Notes under the pieces: model-generated
Database searches by the model: none
Told to the model about the DNA's origin: nothing
Seen by the model: the letters and a program-made list of their open reading frames with translations, nothing else
Part shown: positions 40,023 to 54,454 of the stretch, one piece after another
Position numbering within the stretch: position 1 is the stretch's first letter
How the letters are laid out: the number at the start of each line of letters is the position of its first letter
Program-made: the position numbers and the translations under genes
Origin: Vermamoeba vermiformis
Taxonomy: Eukaryota
Assembly: GCA_045837725.1 (NCBI GenBank)
Contig: JBEWZL010000179.1
Coordinates: 682,001-741,949, forward strand
Length of the DNA: 59,949 nucleotides
Direction of reading: 5' to 3'

Positions 40023-40573
40023 GTCGGTCGTGTGGCGATTAATCTATCCGTTGTGCTGATATCTTTAGGGAGAAATTTGAATTGTTTTTGGCGGGCCCGA
40101 TTCCATAGACCGTTTGTTGACCAGCTAATTTATATTTGTGTACGGCTATAATACCAACACAAGCCATTGTTGGCTCAAGTTAAATTAGCTGCAAACTTTA
40201 TTATCATTACTATGATGTTTAGCCAATCAAATCCAAATCAACCATTTTGGGCGAGAATTTCAGAAGAACATGTTCATTATAATTAATAGTAACGATAAGG
40301 CTCAGTTAATAACAAAGCACGATAAGGATCCAACGATGTGACTATTGAATCCGATCAAGGAAACAGATGTGAAATTTAAATGCAAGGAGAGCAGTTAATA
40401 ATTACACAATTACTTCAGCACGATGCGAGACACCACTGCCACTATTTTTCTAATTTTTTTGAACAGAGGTATGCTTTTTTCCAAATCGGGCAAAAGTCTC
40501 ACCCACTCACCGCTTAAAAACCTGAAGAATTACTTTTAATAATCATTCCAAAATTCGAATACTATCACATACA

Positions 40574-42313
40574 ATGCACTTCTACTTGGCACTATTATTG
40601 GCCAGTGCTGTCGCACTCGTGTCGATCAAACTCTTCAAGTCCTACCAGACATTCCAAAAGCGTAAGCAAGAATTCCCTGGTCCTAAACCCTCATTCCTCT
40701 TCGGCAATATTCCCGATATTATGCGCAGCGAACTGTAAGTTAGCAACCCGCTCTGAATCCCAAACCATATTTTGACCGACGTTTAGTGCCTCCGACGGTG
40801 TCAACTATGACTGGAGAATCGAGTTCCACCAAAGATATGGTCCTATCTACCAGATATTTGGACCCTTTGGCACCCGCATCTCCGTAACTATCGCCGATCC
40901 CGCACTGATTGATCAACTTTTATGCAAGCAGAACATCCCGAAGGCTGAGATGGTGAGTAGATCGCAAATAGCCTCGATTTAGATGTCTTATTAACCCTTT
41001 TATAGTATCGTTCAATGCAACTGCTCACAGGTGAAGGTATTTTGGCTGATCTGGATCAGGCTCACTGGAAGTTCCAACGCAAGACCTTGAACGGTGCATT
41101 TGCAGGAATGCAAATCAGACCTCAACTGAAGTACTTGGAAGATAGGCTCGGCGCTTTGATTAATATTATTGACGGTTTCGCCGCTTCATCGACCAAGGTT
41201 TGTTGCTCTATCGGCCATACAAATCAAGTGCAGGCACTAATTCCTTATGCACAGTTCGATATGGACTCTTACTTTATTCGCCTGACTCTCGATTTCATTG
41301 GTCAATTTGCCTTTGACGAGAAGTTCAATTCGCTTGAGAACGGAGAGCTCGCGGCTGAAATCCCTAGTTTGATGCATAAAGTGAGCAAGATTATCGTCAA
41401 GTACCCGTTGATTCCTGCGTTGATGCGTTGGATGTTCCCTTCTCACTACGACATGATGGATGCAGCCAAGCGATTAAGACAACGCATCCAATCGATCATT
41501 CAGAAGCGACGTCAAGTGGTATGTGATATTGGAATAGTATTACAGCTAGACGCGTACTAATGATGCAACAGCTCGTTGATGCTGAACCCTCGTCACAAAA
41601 GAAAATGTTGATTGATTTGATGATCGAGTCTGAAGGCTTTACTGACGAAATGATTGCCGATAACGCTTTGACATTTTTGTTTGCTGGTCACGATACTACT
41701 GCACACACCATGTCATACACTATCTACGAGTTGTATAAGAACCCTGCAGCTTTGCAACAGGTTCGTCAGGAGATCGATGCTGTACTCGGCGAGCAACAGA
41801 TTGCCACTTCAGACCAATTGTCTTCCCTCGAAAGTCTCGAAAAGGCCATTAAGGTGCGTGGATTTGCTTATTTGAAGTGCTTATATCGTTGTATTAATCG
41901 ATCTGTAGGAGACACTTCGTATCCATCCGGTCGCTTTGGGAACTGTCCGTGAAAACCACGAGCCTCTCGATATTAACGGCGTCGTTCTTCCCAAGGGAAC
42001 TTGGTTGTCATTCTATAACAGACCATTGCATATGGACGCGAAATACTTCTCGGAACCGTACAAGTTCAAGTTGGAAAGATGGAACGAAAAACAAACTCAA
42101 GGCACTTTCTTCCCTTTCAGCTTGGGTGCACGTGATTGCATCGGAAAAGACCTTGCTATGAAAGAGGCGAAGATGGCTATTGCTACCTTGTTGAAGAATT
42201 TTGACTTCGAGTTCGATCCGAAATGGAAATTGAAAAAGACCACTCAATTGTCAGTAATTCCTGTTAACGGTGTGCCTGTTACTGCTAAGAGGCGAATCGT
42301 TAGCACACAATAA
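40574..42313 (+). CDS. Cytochrome P450
   Basis: N-terminal anchor plus PGPKP, I-helix FAGHDTTA, K-helix ETLR, and heme motif FSLGARDCIG. Confidence 0.95.
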
Positions 42314-42520
42314 TAAGCCGCTTTGTAAATAGAATCCCGATGTAAATAAATACCAATTTTGATTGTCAAATCGTCACAACGAATTTCTTTGCCGAAAAGT
42401 TGTTGGAGATTATTATTGTGTTTTTTTTGAGCCGGTTACAACTAAGCCATTTGATGAACGTTTATTGAATAATTATTGAACGAGTGCATACTGATAGTTA
42501 GCCACACCAAAAATAATACA

Positions 42521-43535
42521 ATGTTTTCCAGTCCAAAAAAGCAACCGACAACAGAAGGTAAACTAAATAATATTTTAATAATTTTGGAAGGGTAATTACT
42601 GTTCTATTTAACTGTGCAGCTTTCACGCGTTTTATTATAAAAACGAAAAATAGAAATTGGCTCAACAGTTCGAAATTTACTCTTAAAAACCACCTAATTA
42701 TTATCCATTTAGACTTAATTAAGCACTCCCGCAAGCAAATTTCTCGGTCTCAAAGGGATATCGAAAAAGAGATCAGATCCTTGGAAAGGCAAGAAAAGAC
42801 AATTGCTCTTGAAATCAAGAAGTTAGCCGCGAAGGGTAAACGAATGAAGATTTCTATAATATATTATGTAGCTCATTATTTATAATTATGAAAGGGCACA
42901 ACGAATCTGCGATCAGGGCGTTAGCCAAACAGATCGTTCGTATTCGAACACAGAAGGAATCAATGATGAAAAGCAAAGCTACTTTAGTATCGGTTGGATT
43001 GCAAACGACGGTATGTGGTAGTATAGTTATTCATAACCATGTCTAACCGAGTTTTAGGCAATGAAAACAAATCTGACTATGCAGCGCGCAGTCGGTGGTA
43101 CAGTTGCGGTAAATATCCTAACATTAACTTGACTACAGTAGGTTGTAATTAATTTCTACGTTAGGTTATGAGCAATGTAAATAGACTTAGCGATCCCGCT
43201 CAAACAGCTCAAGTCATGCGAGATTTCCAACAACAGAGCGAAATGATGGACATGAAAGACGAGTATGTAGTTTAGATATGAGTTTCTTATAAGGCGAGGT
43301 TGTAACCTATTTTAGGATGATCGATGATCTGCTGAATTCAGAAAGTGACGAAGAAGAGACAGAAGCAGTGGTGAGTCAAGTCTTCGATGAAATTGGTTTG
43401 GATCTGGATGAGAAACTCGTCAGTGCTCCGACAAAAGTACCAGGACAAAGACAGGCTGCAGGTCAACGAGGGCAAGCTTCTTCTTCGAAGGCGGACAAAG
43501 AAATGGAAGAATTGCTTAACAGCCTCAAGGTGTAA
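42521..43535 (+). CDS. CHMP2: ESCRT-III Snf7-family subunit, CHMP2/Vps2-like
   Basis: RDIEKEIRSLERQEK, ALAKQIVRIR, MDMKDEMIDD and VVSQVFDEIGLD, with a C-terminal MIM-like helix. Confidence 0.88.
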
Positions 43536-43835
43536 TATTGTTATTTTGTTAGTTTCATTGTACATAAATCATTGCCCGTTCAAAACGATAATTGACGAAA
43601 AGAAATTTTATTTAAAATATTTCATTTGATAAATGGAACATGCCTGATATAGGATATGCTAATTTTATATATCTAAATTATGGAACCTTAATCGAAACCG
43701 CATTACGTTCTCTGAAGCAAATTACACAAAAAAAACATGGAAATTCAAAGAGAAAATGAATAAATTCCTTACAGCGTCGCATTATTTCTGAAGCGAGGAC
43801 AATTAAAGAAGGTTTAATACACCGGACACAACACA

Positions 43836-45398
43836 ATGCAATTTTTGCTGCATCTGCGTAAGATAATTAAATTTTAATATCTTTTTACTAATCACCTTTT
43901 GTTAATGAATTAGTATTATTTTGCCTCTTTCTTGCATGTAATTCTCAAAATTGCACGCACCAAATTGGAGAATGGCGTAACAAGCTCGAGATCCCGCAAT
44001 TTCACATTGAAGGACCTTTTATTGCTGCCAACAATAAGCTCTATGTATTCACCGGATTTCAAACCAACGATCTAGTATGTAAGGACACCATGGAGGTGTT
44101 TGATCCGCAACAAAACACTTGGACTTCTCTGGCGGCTACCCCTGTAAACGTTTCCCATGTCCAAGCAGTTTTTGACGGAACGTACGTGAGATTTCTAAAT
44201 GCTACGTTACATTAATTCCGTGATAGTTTTATTTGGCTTGTCGGCGGCTATGTAGGCATACCTCCGAATCATCAGCCATTAGCCACGACATTCAAATACG
44301 ATGTTGCCAATGACAAGTGGCTCGAGGGGCCAGTCTTGCCAGACAAACGGTACGCAGCGTAGTATTCATCCGGTATTAACTGATTTCTCTATTACAGTGC
44401 TGCTGGTGCTGTGGCTCTCAACGGTAACAAGTTGCACTACTTTGGAGGATTGTACAATCAACACAACGATACTGGTGTGCATTACTCGCTTGACTTGGCT
44501 GATACTAGTGCGCAGTGGAAACAAGAAACTGATGTCATGTTGAACCCGAAGAACCATTTCCAGGCAGCCGTTGTTAATGGAGTTGCGTACATGCCAGGAG
44601 GACAACACTACTACGGTAATTACTACGAACTCATTAAACACGACGTTAACTCTTCTTCTTGTTAGAGTCGCCCGAAGTCATAGACAGCGATGACGTTCAG
44701 TCATTCAACTTCGGCGCTAATCAATGGTCCACACTGACACCTATTCCAGCACCAACCTCCCACAGCGCTACTATCGGTAAGATTTTGGTGTACAGTACTC
44801 AACTAATACAGTTTGCAGCGCTGGACGATAGAGTTGCAGTCATCGGCGGACGTTGGGAAGAGAACAATCAGTGGGCCTTGGACACGATTAGAGAGTACGA
44901 CCCTGCCACTGACACGTGGACCAATCTAGCACCATTGCCGCGCAAGTTGATCTCACCTGTCGCAGGTTATTTCAAATCAATTACGGTTGATGGCCAGCTC
45001 GGTGACTACCTAGTTGTCACTGCGGGTGGTTATGACTGGAACCAGTGTCAAACCAACACTTGGATAGCTCGTGTGACGCGTGACGAATCTTGCACGCCCA
45101 TTGTCGCGCCACAATCAGTCCCGCAATTAGCCCCGCAATCCGTTCCGCAGTCAACTCCGCAACCAAGCGAGGTCCCACAATCCGCTCCATCAGCGTTGCC
45201 AGAAACACCTTCAATCAGCGTCCCGAGTACGCAAAGTGCGTAAAATCTAACTCTCTATCTGCCTCAACTGACTTGTTGTCCTCAGGTCCTATGAACATAC
45301 CGGTGCGCCAGGAAACCCTTGTGAACTCAGCCGTCATTGGCGACTTCAATTCAGTTCTCATGTTTCTGCATATTTTGTTAACTTTAACTGTCTTATAA
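43836..45398 (+). CDS. Secreted kelch-repeat beta-propeller with S/P/Q-rich stalk and hydrophobic (GPI-like) C-terminus
   Basis: Repeated LYVFTG/WLVGG/HYFGG/YMPGG/AVIGG ... YDP..W units; PQS repeats; terminal hydrophobic stretch. Confidence 0.85.
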
Positions 45399-45430
45399 AA
45401 ATGGTTTTATCTGCTTTAAATGACAACGAT

Positions 45431-47992
45431 TTACTTGGCAATCTGCAACAATGCAGCGCTGGTAACAGGCATCTTGATCGTGTAGCCTCCGCAGGATGGT
45501 CTCACGTATTCAAGCTGCTGAGCACCCACAATATTGCCATCAGGAGAGCCGTCGAATGTTTGACCTCCCCAAGTCACGCCTGATTTGGCTTTGTAACTGG
45601 GTGCCAACAGTCGCGTGACATTTGCCGTGCCATAGCCAGGTAGCTCAATGCGGATGTTACCCGACGTTGCCTTTTCCTTGTTGATCAGCACGATGCGGAC
45701 GATTCCCTTTCGATCCTGCACGGCCCATACTTTGATGTTACGAGGCCCCGCGTTGACAGTGACAGGAAGAAACTTGGCTTGTTCTTTTGTTGCTTGTTGA
45801 AACAGGAGCTGGCCGTAGTACTCGGGGTTGACTCTGACGAGGTTGTAAACGTAGTTTCCGTTGACCCAAGAGGCATTGAAGTGTGCTGGACTGTATATTC
45901 CGGTCGCAGCCCAGTGCCAGTTTACGCCGTCGACGCCAATCTTTGCGAGTTCGAACATCAAGTCTGGGGCCCACAGAGCCGATTGGAACGTGTCACTAAT
46001 GTTACCGACACCGCCGCCATCAATGGAGTTCATTTCTCCAATGCGGAAAGTCATTCCGTTTGAGTGGGCCATTTGAACAGCACTGACATCTACCAAGAAT
46101 TGAGGTGCGGAGGATGTCTTTGTGGGATCTAACAAGAAGTCTTCCGTGAAATTGGTCTTTCCATCGTGATAACCACTGTAGTAATGATGACTAGCTAATT
46201 TAACGTAGCTTTTCTCCGAGTCCACAAAGTTGCTGAAGTATTGTATGCGCGTGAAAATTCCCCAAGAGCCTCCCATAAAAGTGATGTTGCTAGGAGCAAG
46301 AGGCCTTAGTGCCGCGCGGAATTGTCCGAATTCTTGAACATAGCTGTCGCTGATACCATAACTGTATTCTCGAGGACGATATCCATTGTAGCCGTAGTTG
46401 TCTGGCTCATTTCCAATCTCAAATGCAGCGATGCTATTCGGAGCCATTTGTGTAAGGTATGCTGAGAGTTGAGCTTGTGCCAACGAACTGCTTCCATTTC
46501 GCATATTGACACCAAGAGTGAACTGAACAGGATAGCCGTACCCAGTGAGGTACGTGCGGAGTTCATTGAGTGCTTGTGTTTTGCTAATGTCGCCTGCAAC
46601 TGGGTATCCTTGTGCGTCGGTTGAACCACCACCAATGCGTATCAGAAAGGGCGAAAACCAATGTCCATCGAGTAGTGGCAACAGCAAGTGACGGTATATG
46701 TAGTTGACGCCACCGTTTGCAACCCAGCCCATGATGCCTTGACCATCGCCCCATTCATGCGAAATCCCAAAAAAGTTCGGAGGAATTGCAAGACCTGGTG
46801 TCGTGCCAACGGCGGCAGTCGTGATGATGTTTGTTGCAGCACATTCGGGTGCTAGAATAACGTCAATGGTCACGTTGCTGTCAGTACTCAAAGTGAGCAT
46901 GACTGTGGAGCTGTTGTTGCCGCAAGAGACTAGGACATGCTGACCGTCAGATTGGGCGTCTTGATGAGTGATTAAGCAGCTCAATGGGAGAGCAAGATTA
47001 GCGCAGGTAATGTCAATGACTCCTTGCACTTGACTGCCCTGTTATTAATATTAATACCTAGCTATCAAAGTGCTGTTGCGACTTACCTCGATGAAGTTAA
47101 TAGTAATTGGTCCGTCAGATGTTATCGAACCAACTGCTGATGGATCGACGGACAGAGAGTGAAGCTCAACTGATGCTTGCGAGGTTATGTCGTACGACGA
47201 GCGGACTGTCAAAGGACCGAGAAGCGATACCGTGGCTGTAACACTTTGTATAGACACAGCGATGGATTGCACGGATAATGCGTCCCCTACCTCCGAGGCT
47301 ACACTTCCGTCGATAATGTCCAAGTTGATTGCTTCGAACTGGTAGCCATTCGGATACTCAATCGTGACCTGAAGTCAAGTTAGTTGCAATTTCATTTATC
47401 TTCGAGACTTACCTGAAGCACGATTTCAGAGTCCGCCAAAATTACAGTGGATAAGCCTGTGAATTCAAGTAAATGACGCAGCATGTGAGCCATTTGGTAC
47501 ACGTACCTGCCAGGCAGACAAATGCTGCTAATTGGCCGCGGCTTGTGACTTGTTTCAAAGCCAGAAAAAACGGAAAATAAAGCAGAAATTGCCCGATTAT
47601 GTTGATTGAACCCAATGACACCGTAGATGGCAACGCGACGTTGTTGAGCTGTTGTAAAAGGTATTAATTCTCACGTTTTGAAGAGTGACTACGTACTTTG
47701 AGGTATATTTCGCCTTTAGAGCCCGTCGATAAGATCTGCTGTAACGTTATTGAACGAGTAGCGCTAATAACCAATTGAGGTCTAGTAACATTTGTGCTGG
47801 CAAAACGAATATTGGTCTGGGCGACTGTTAGAAAAATAGTATTGTATGTACGATACTTACTTGTAATTGTGCTATTAGATGCAAGGAGGTCGAGTCGAAT
47901 TCGTAGGTACCAACGTACTCGTACTGCTGACACAAACCAGGCGCAACCACCAACAGTAGCGTCGTTATGACAAGCACGTAGTGTTGCAACAT
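45431..47992 (-). CDS. Secreted glycoside hydrolase family 79 (beta-glucuronidase/heparanase-like) with N-terminal extension
   Basis: IRIGGGSTD, FEIGNEPD (acid/base), FRIGEMNS (nucleophile), SDTFQSALW and GVNWH, plus a C-terminal beta-sandwich (VTWGGQTFD). Signal peptide MLQHYVLVITTLLLVVA. Confidence 0.88.
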
Positions 47993-48694
47993 GTTGAGTT
48001 GAATGATTGAAAATGAACGTCTGGTCAATTCAAATCTATTTGTGTTTGCGAGATTTCCACGGAGGATCTGTTGCACGTGTCATTTGCCGGCGCTCTTTTG
48101 GTTGTACCAAGTAACGCAAGTAAGACAACAGAAGCTTGATCGTCATTCAATGTAATGTTGCAACATGGCGGTAGCGTCTGAGGGCTCGTAACTGCCTTGA
48201 TTACGAAATGACGAACTTGCCAAGATCATAAACGGCATGTTCATTTTGAGCGAATCTTGGTACCGAATTAAGAACGTTGCTAGTTACCAATAATGGTCAG
48301 ATAACAACTTCGATCTGCCTGCAAGAAGGTAAAATTACTAACGTTTGCCAAAAAAAAATAAAAAAATCCGGCTGCATCAGTTTCGACGTGTATATTACAG
48401 CGAAAAATATAATAAACTAATGAGACAGCAGTTTTTTTTTGTAATTAAATGGGAATAAATTTTGCTTTGGAAGATTTGGATGTAACCCGCGAGTTGAATG
48501 GATATTTGCAACCATTGCACCAAAATACAGTACCTCGTGTGGTAATTATTATAACACAACTGCGTGATCGTGATTTAGACTTGTGTCTTTGAAATTGACA
48601 ATCAACAACTTAAATTCAATGTACACACTAGTGTTTTGTTTACGTCCTACCAACACCACAGAGCAAATAATTTTTTCAATTGCACGCTTACGTT

Positions 48695-51049
48695 ATGGAG
48701 AAGGAATTGGTGCTTGACGAGCTTCCCTCAGACGTGCTTTATTTAATTTTTTCGAATCTTTCACTCGACGAACTATTTACGTGTGCATTTGTCAACCAAG
48801 TATTTAGACGCAATACTAAATTTCAATCTCTCGGATTGGTAAGCATACAATTATTTTAAAATATTTTTGAATATCGAAAAAATTTATTTATTTTGAATGT
48901 GATTCCAGAGAGACGGAATATTCGATTTAGGTCTGAAAGAATTGGACAGACAAGATTATAAATCGGCGGTGGTAAGTGCGAGAATTATTGTGGATTTGAA
49001 AATTTTCTTTTCTGAGATCTCGTGCAGGTTCATTTCGGTAAACTCCTCACGCTATTCCCAAACGACTACGAAACCCGCTTAGAATATGCTGTTTGTAGAC
49101 GAGAGGCATACAGTGCCGTGCAAGGCCTACTCGATCTGCGTCTAGCGGACAAGGTAAATCTTTGTTCCCGTCTGAAATGTTGCTAATGGCGGCGCTGTAA
49201 TTAGTACGCAGAGCTAGCAAAGGACGACGCTTTTCGCAAATTTATTCATGCAGAGTGCTTTTGGATGCGCGAAAACAATGTGCGTGCCAAAGAGGATATC
49301 ACGAAAGCAATCGAATTAAATCCGAATAAGGCGCGGTTCTATCACTTTAGAGGTACTAATTGGGTGATTTCGTTCTATAATATCATTTCCTAATCGTCTT
49401 GTTAGGCTTTATTGAAAAAGATTACGATGCCGAAATGAAAGACTACGGTAAGCAATTTGTTTAAAATGCATAGCTTACTAATCCTTAAATAATTAGAGCA
49501 AATATTGAAGCATCATCCTAATTACCGCAGAATGTCAACGATCTACAATAACATGGGATTTGCGAAGTCGAAGATCCAGTTGTACGAAGAGGGCATGGAG
49601 CTCTATTTAAAGGCCATCGAGATATGTCCACATCACGTGAGGTACGTGGCATGGTGTAAACACTCGAGGATGTTCTAACCAAGCTGCTTTAGACCGTACT
49701 ACAACTTGGCTGTCATTCACGCTGAGCGGAGAAATCACGAGGAGGCAGTTGCAGTCGTGAACAAAATCCTCACCATCAATCCCAATTTGACTGAAGTCGC
49801 AGCGTTGCGTGGCTGGTAAGCCCTCAGCATAACCGTTGCAAGACTTTGCTGACTCGTTCGAAAAAGGGTTTATCACAACAACGCGCAGTTGACAGAAGCG
49901 CTCGAAGACTACATTACTTCGTTGCAAAAAGATCAAAAGGACGTCGAAACTATCCTGAACTTGCACTCGATAACGATATTCGCGGGCAAGCTCGACGATA
50001 TGATCGAAGTCAACAGAAAGTTTCTCGACAAATTAATCGGCGATTTGAAGTCCGTCGATAAGAAGCGAGAAAACATCAAAAAGGCACTCGAGACATCTTT
50101 CAAGAGTTTGAACGAAGGTCTAGTCGCTGAGGATTGGAACTACATTGATCCGTTCATTGATGTAAATAAGAAAGAGATGGAAATCAAGCGTGCGTTGAGA
50201 AAGATTTACAGGTAAGTTCAAGTTGCATCAATGATAATATGCACGAGTCTAATCGTTGCAGAAATCTTGCTGAGTGTCACATGCAATACGGCATTCCTGA
50301 AGTGTCACGTGACGAGTTCCGAGAGATGCTCAAATATCCCACTTCCGATGAGAAATCGACGGAGAAAGATCAGGACTCGAAGTTTTTGACATTTTTATAC
50401 GACACCTCGGGTATCAAAGTCGAAGATATTAGCGAGGAGGGAAGGGAATTAACCAAGGTATGTGGCCCAATTCGAGTTAGTCTATTTATCGATAGTTACT
50501 GAACCATATTAGATATTGATTGGCACGATATCTACACCTGTGCTACTCGCACGCCGGCGACAAATCGCAGAAGGTCGTTTGCGGACCTTGGCAGACGTGC
50601 AGTTTTTGTTCGTGAACTACTGCTTCAAAAAAATGAATCTGTATTTCCCTGGCGGTAAGACTACCGTTATAATCTTAATAGTAGTTGACGCTTTTGTTTG
50701 CGGCATATCTCAGAGAATCACGAGACTCGACTGTCGACTCTTGGCAAACTGTTCACGGAGATCACAGACTACTTCATGAACGAGCACATGTCGGTCAAGA
50801 ACAAAGCTATGGCGCTGTTCTGCTTGGCGCCACACTTCTTGTTTCATCTTATAGAGGTGTCTTGGGTACGTAAATGATATGCCAATAGCGTTCTTTGACT
50901 AATCACGGTACCGACAGCGCGCGCAAGGACCGACAGGGGTGTCCAACGCACTCGAATTGCAAGTCACTGGGTGCTATCAGGAGGACGAAGATCCGGAAGC
51001 GTTCTTCGATAGAATGGCTCAATTGTTAACATATCACAAATCCAGTTAA
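48695..51049 (+). CDS. F-box and TPR-repeat protein
   Basis: LDELPSDVLYLIFSNLSLDELFTCAFVNQVF (F-box). TPR-like segments AIELNP, YNNMGFA..YLKAIEICP and YYNLAV...ILTINP. Confidence 0.85.
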
Positions 51050-51305
51050 TAAAAGCTGGTTATAATTCTGATAACGGTTGTAACATCAGGGAATCCAATA
51101 AGCGAATCTAGGACTATCATGCAGAGTGTATTGAAACGTACTCAAATTGCATTGTTATTAAGGCATTCTCGCATTGAGTTAATAAATGCTGGTTGCTAAA
51201 AACAGCCCAGATCAAAACGTCAGAGTTGTCAGCAAGACACCCAAACACCACCGTCGTAAATGCATATTTTGGTAGTTTTATTTACAGGAGTTAGCTGCTA
51301 TTGTT

Positions 51306-52987
51306 ATGATACTGCGTGCAGTTGTATTTGTTCTCATAGTTGCTTCAGGTAATTAAATGACCTTTACTCTCGGCCAGTGAATTTAAAGCTAGCTTAAGTA
51401 ATTTAAAATTTATGTGGCCTAGAAATATTTGCTCTTCTAAATCGGCAGCTATTAATGCGACTATTTAATATTTTATTTATTTATTTTTTAATTTAATTAT
51501 TAACCGATTTCTTATAAGCTTTCGAGGCCAAAAAATTGTTAGAAGATGATCCGGCAATAGAGCGCATGTACAAGAGCGTTAAATTAAATCCGAATCAAGA
51601 TTTCAGTTACACTGCAGATGAGATTCGTGACATTGCTCAAACGTATTTTCCGTCCTCCTTTCCAATATTAGACGGATTTAATGACCCAAATATACGAGAG
51701 CAGATTCGCAAAAATGTGATTACGATCTGCGACAAATGGATCAGCTTAAATAACTCGGGTGTGCCGTAAGTATAGTCGCCTTAATTATACCAGTACGGGC
51801 GTACTAATGCAATAACCAAGTACACCCGATCCAACGAGGATCAATGACGTTGTTACGATTAGAAAGCTCTACGCCGATGACTCGATCTTCACAACGCGCC
51901 AGATTCCCAAGTACTACCACACCACGCTGAAAATGCAATACTTTAAGGGAATTATCAACGGGAAGGTTATATTAGCGACAAATGCAAGTTATCCAGGAGC
52001 CTGGACTGCTAATGGTACGTGCGATCATTATCGCGTCTACTTGGTGCTGATGGCTGCACTTTCAGGTTTCTGGTACGCCAACATGGGTCAATATCCGACC
52101 TTTGCCTTGTCATCCGATCTTGAAACTCCTTTGTCGGAGATCTCACCCGGCAGTCACTACGCGATGCCAAAAGACAGACCGAATTTCTATGCTCTCGGTC
52201 GCATACATGCAAGTAAGTTCAACGTGTACAGAGCGACAATAGTGTATTTACAATCGATTTTAGTTCCATTGTGGAAGTCCTCAACAAATTTGGTCGCATG
52301 GGCTGTGGCACCAGAGGACTACAGCGCAGCACTGGACTTCATTCGTACACTCGACAACGAGACGCAAGCCTTCTTCATCAACAAGGGCATGACGTTGTCG
52401 CAAATGATGATGGAGCGGCTGTTCGTCACACTGGCGCAAATCTACACTGCTGATCGGGCCAATGCGTACGTGCGCTTGTTAATATTAAATTGTTATTGCT
52501 GACCTTGCTTTGACAGTTTGTTCTTTGACGGATTGTTTATTGATTTCCCCAAACCTGCCATTGTAAACAGAACACGATCTTATGGAGAAGGTAAGTTTTC
52601 ACCAGCACATCCTTTTTAGAATTTGGCACTAACGTTGCGCAAGTATTATATTGTTTTGATGTGAATCGCTTTAAGTACTCGGTGTATTTGGGCTTGGAGA
52701 AGGATCGAGTTCGCTACCTCTCAATAGACGCTGCCAATCGAACCAGTGTCATGTACACAACAAAAATTGCCTCAGACAAATGCCGCTCTATTTACAAGTT
52801 TCTTCCTGACGTTGCAATCAACCATGGCATGGAGATAGTTCAACTAATTGCCGATGCGAAATTACTCGATACTCCTCAGATTTACAATGTTTTTACCACC
52901 AAGACTAGTACATCGAAAAGCGAGTGTCCTATTTGTTCAAATGTATTTTCTTTTGGGGAAGAGCTGAATCTGAACTTCTGGCAATGA
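51306..52987 (+). CDS. Uncharacterised secreted protein
   Basis: Signal peptide MILRAVVFVLIVAS; consistent GT-AG exons; C-terminal ECPICS. No family recognised. Confidence 0.6.
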
Positions 52988-53025
52988 ATTGACAGGATTT
53001 ATCAAGCGAAATCTATGGAGATATT

Positions 53026-53736
53026 TTATTGTGAACCAAAGAAGAGAACGCACAAAATAAATGTTCCGACACTCAGAGGACCGAGTCGATCTGCGGAGCT
53101 AGTTGATGGAGTTGGATCCACGGGATTATCTTGCGCAATCGGAGATGACGAAGAGTAGGGAGTGTAGCTAAATGGTGTTGAAGAGCTGTAACAGGATGGA
53201 TTAACGCAGTATGACGTTCTCTGTTCAACATTGAGCAAAATTAACGTCTTATACAGGCCAGAGCAGTCCGGTTGATTAATGTGACACGATGTGCCTGCGT
53301 AGTTCGAGCATAATTCCGTGCTACATGAATCGCTCGTGCGGTCCCATCTCCACTGGTTGATGTCGTAAGTTCCTGATGAGAGGGAGTTCCAATTGTACAC
53401 AACTACGTAAATTGTGCCTGTTCCAGTGAACTCTTTTGCGACGCCTGATGAGTAGGTAGTTTGACAATCGCTGTTGATGCAATTGAGGTTCGACCAGGAG
53501 GCAGACGTTTTGTCCCAAGCTTGATAGTTTGCCGCGGTCAGTATCGCAACACGGAATTTGTCGCCATTCGGAGGAGCAATTTGAAGAAGATCGTTCGTTC
53601 TGCTCGTGTACACGCAACCAAATGAAGCATACTTATCGCGAGATAATGATTGGCGTGTACTGACGTAGCATGAGGTGGTTGAAGAAACCAATGCCACGAG
53701 CACGAGACTGATGTTGACAAGGAGTTTGTTGTTCAT
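53026..53736 (-). CDS. Single-ORF secreted Cys-rich protein with probable GPI anchor
   Basis: 236-aa ORF with a signal peptide, multiple Cys, an S/T/P stalk and a hydrophobic C-terminus (SSADRLGPLSVGTFILCVLFF). Confidence 0.75.
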   Translation of the reverse strand: MNNKLLVNISLVLVALVSSTTSCYVSTRQSLSRDKYASFGCVYTSRTNDLLQIAPPNGDKFRVAILTAANYQAWDKTSASWSNLNCINSDCQTTYSSGVAKEFTGTGTIYVVVYNWNSLSSGTYDINQWRWDRTSDSCSTELCSNYAGTSCHINQPDCSGLYKTLILLNVEQRTSYCVNPSCYSSSTPFSYTPYSSSSPIAQDNPVDPTPSTSSADRLGPLSVGTFILCVLFFGSQ

Positions 53737-54454
53737 TGTTTAGTGGTGGATGAAATGAGCTCGGTACGACCTCCCGTTTTATGCTTTTCCGGTCATTTTA
53801 GTGAATTCTTTTTCCCTCGCCAATGATATTGAACATATGATATATTTTGGGGCGGTACACAACAATTCCGTTAGTCAATTGTAGAACGTGCTTCCTTTGC
53901 ATCATATCAACTACTTTACTTGCTTTAAAGTATGGCAGTGGGGCCAAAGCATTTCGCCAAGCTACGCAAAAACTTATTCTTCTTTACATCTTTGGGACGA
54001 GCGTACAAATCACACCATAAAAGGAATTATTAATCCGACGAGACACTATCTCGCGACTGTGCATTGAACGATTTTCAAACTGGCAATTGATTAATACAAG
54101 CAACGTTTCAGTCTTTCATGGACAGAAGGTGGGATATGATCACCGTGATCAATACATTACAAGATTTTACATTAAATATTTGTTTTGTATAAGGAGATAC
54201 AATAACTTACATAATATAATTAATAGACAGTGTGCTGGACGTACTTATTGATGTTCCGAATGGGATCACCGTTGCTGTCACTCAGCGGAATATCCAGTGC
54301 AGCACGACCTCGGGGGTGAAACGCGCACTGTAAAGATAAACGGTGACTAATGTAAAATCAAATAAAGGAAAGTCTCAAAAATTATCGTTTTTTTCGTTTC
54401 ATAAATGAAATGCCACGAGTTGAACAACAGTAATACCCGGCAAAAAATAAATCG

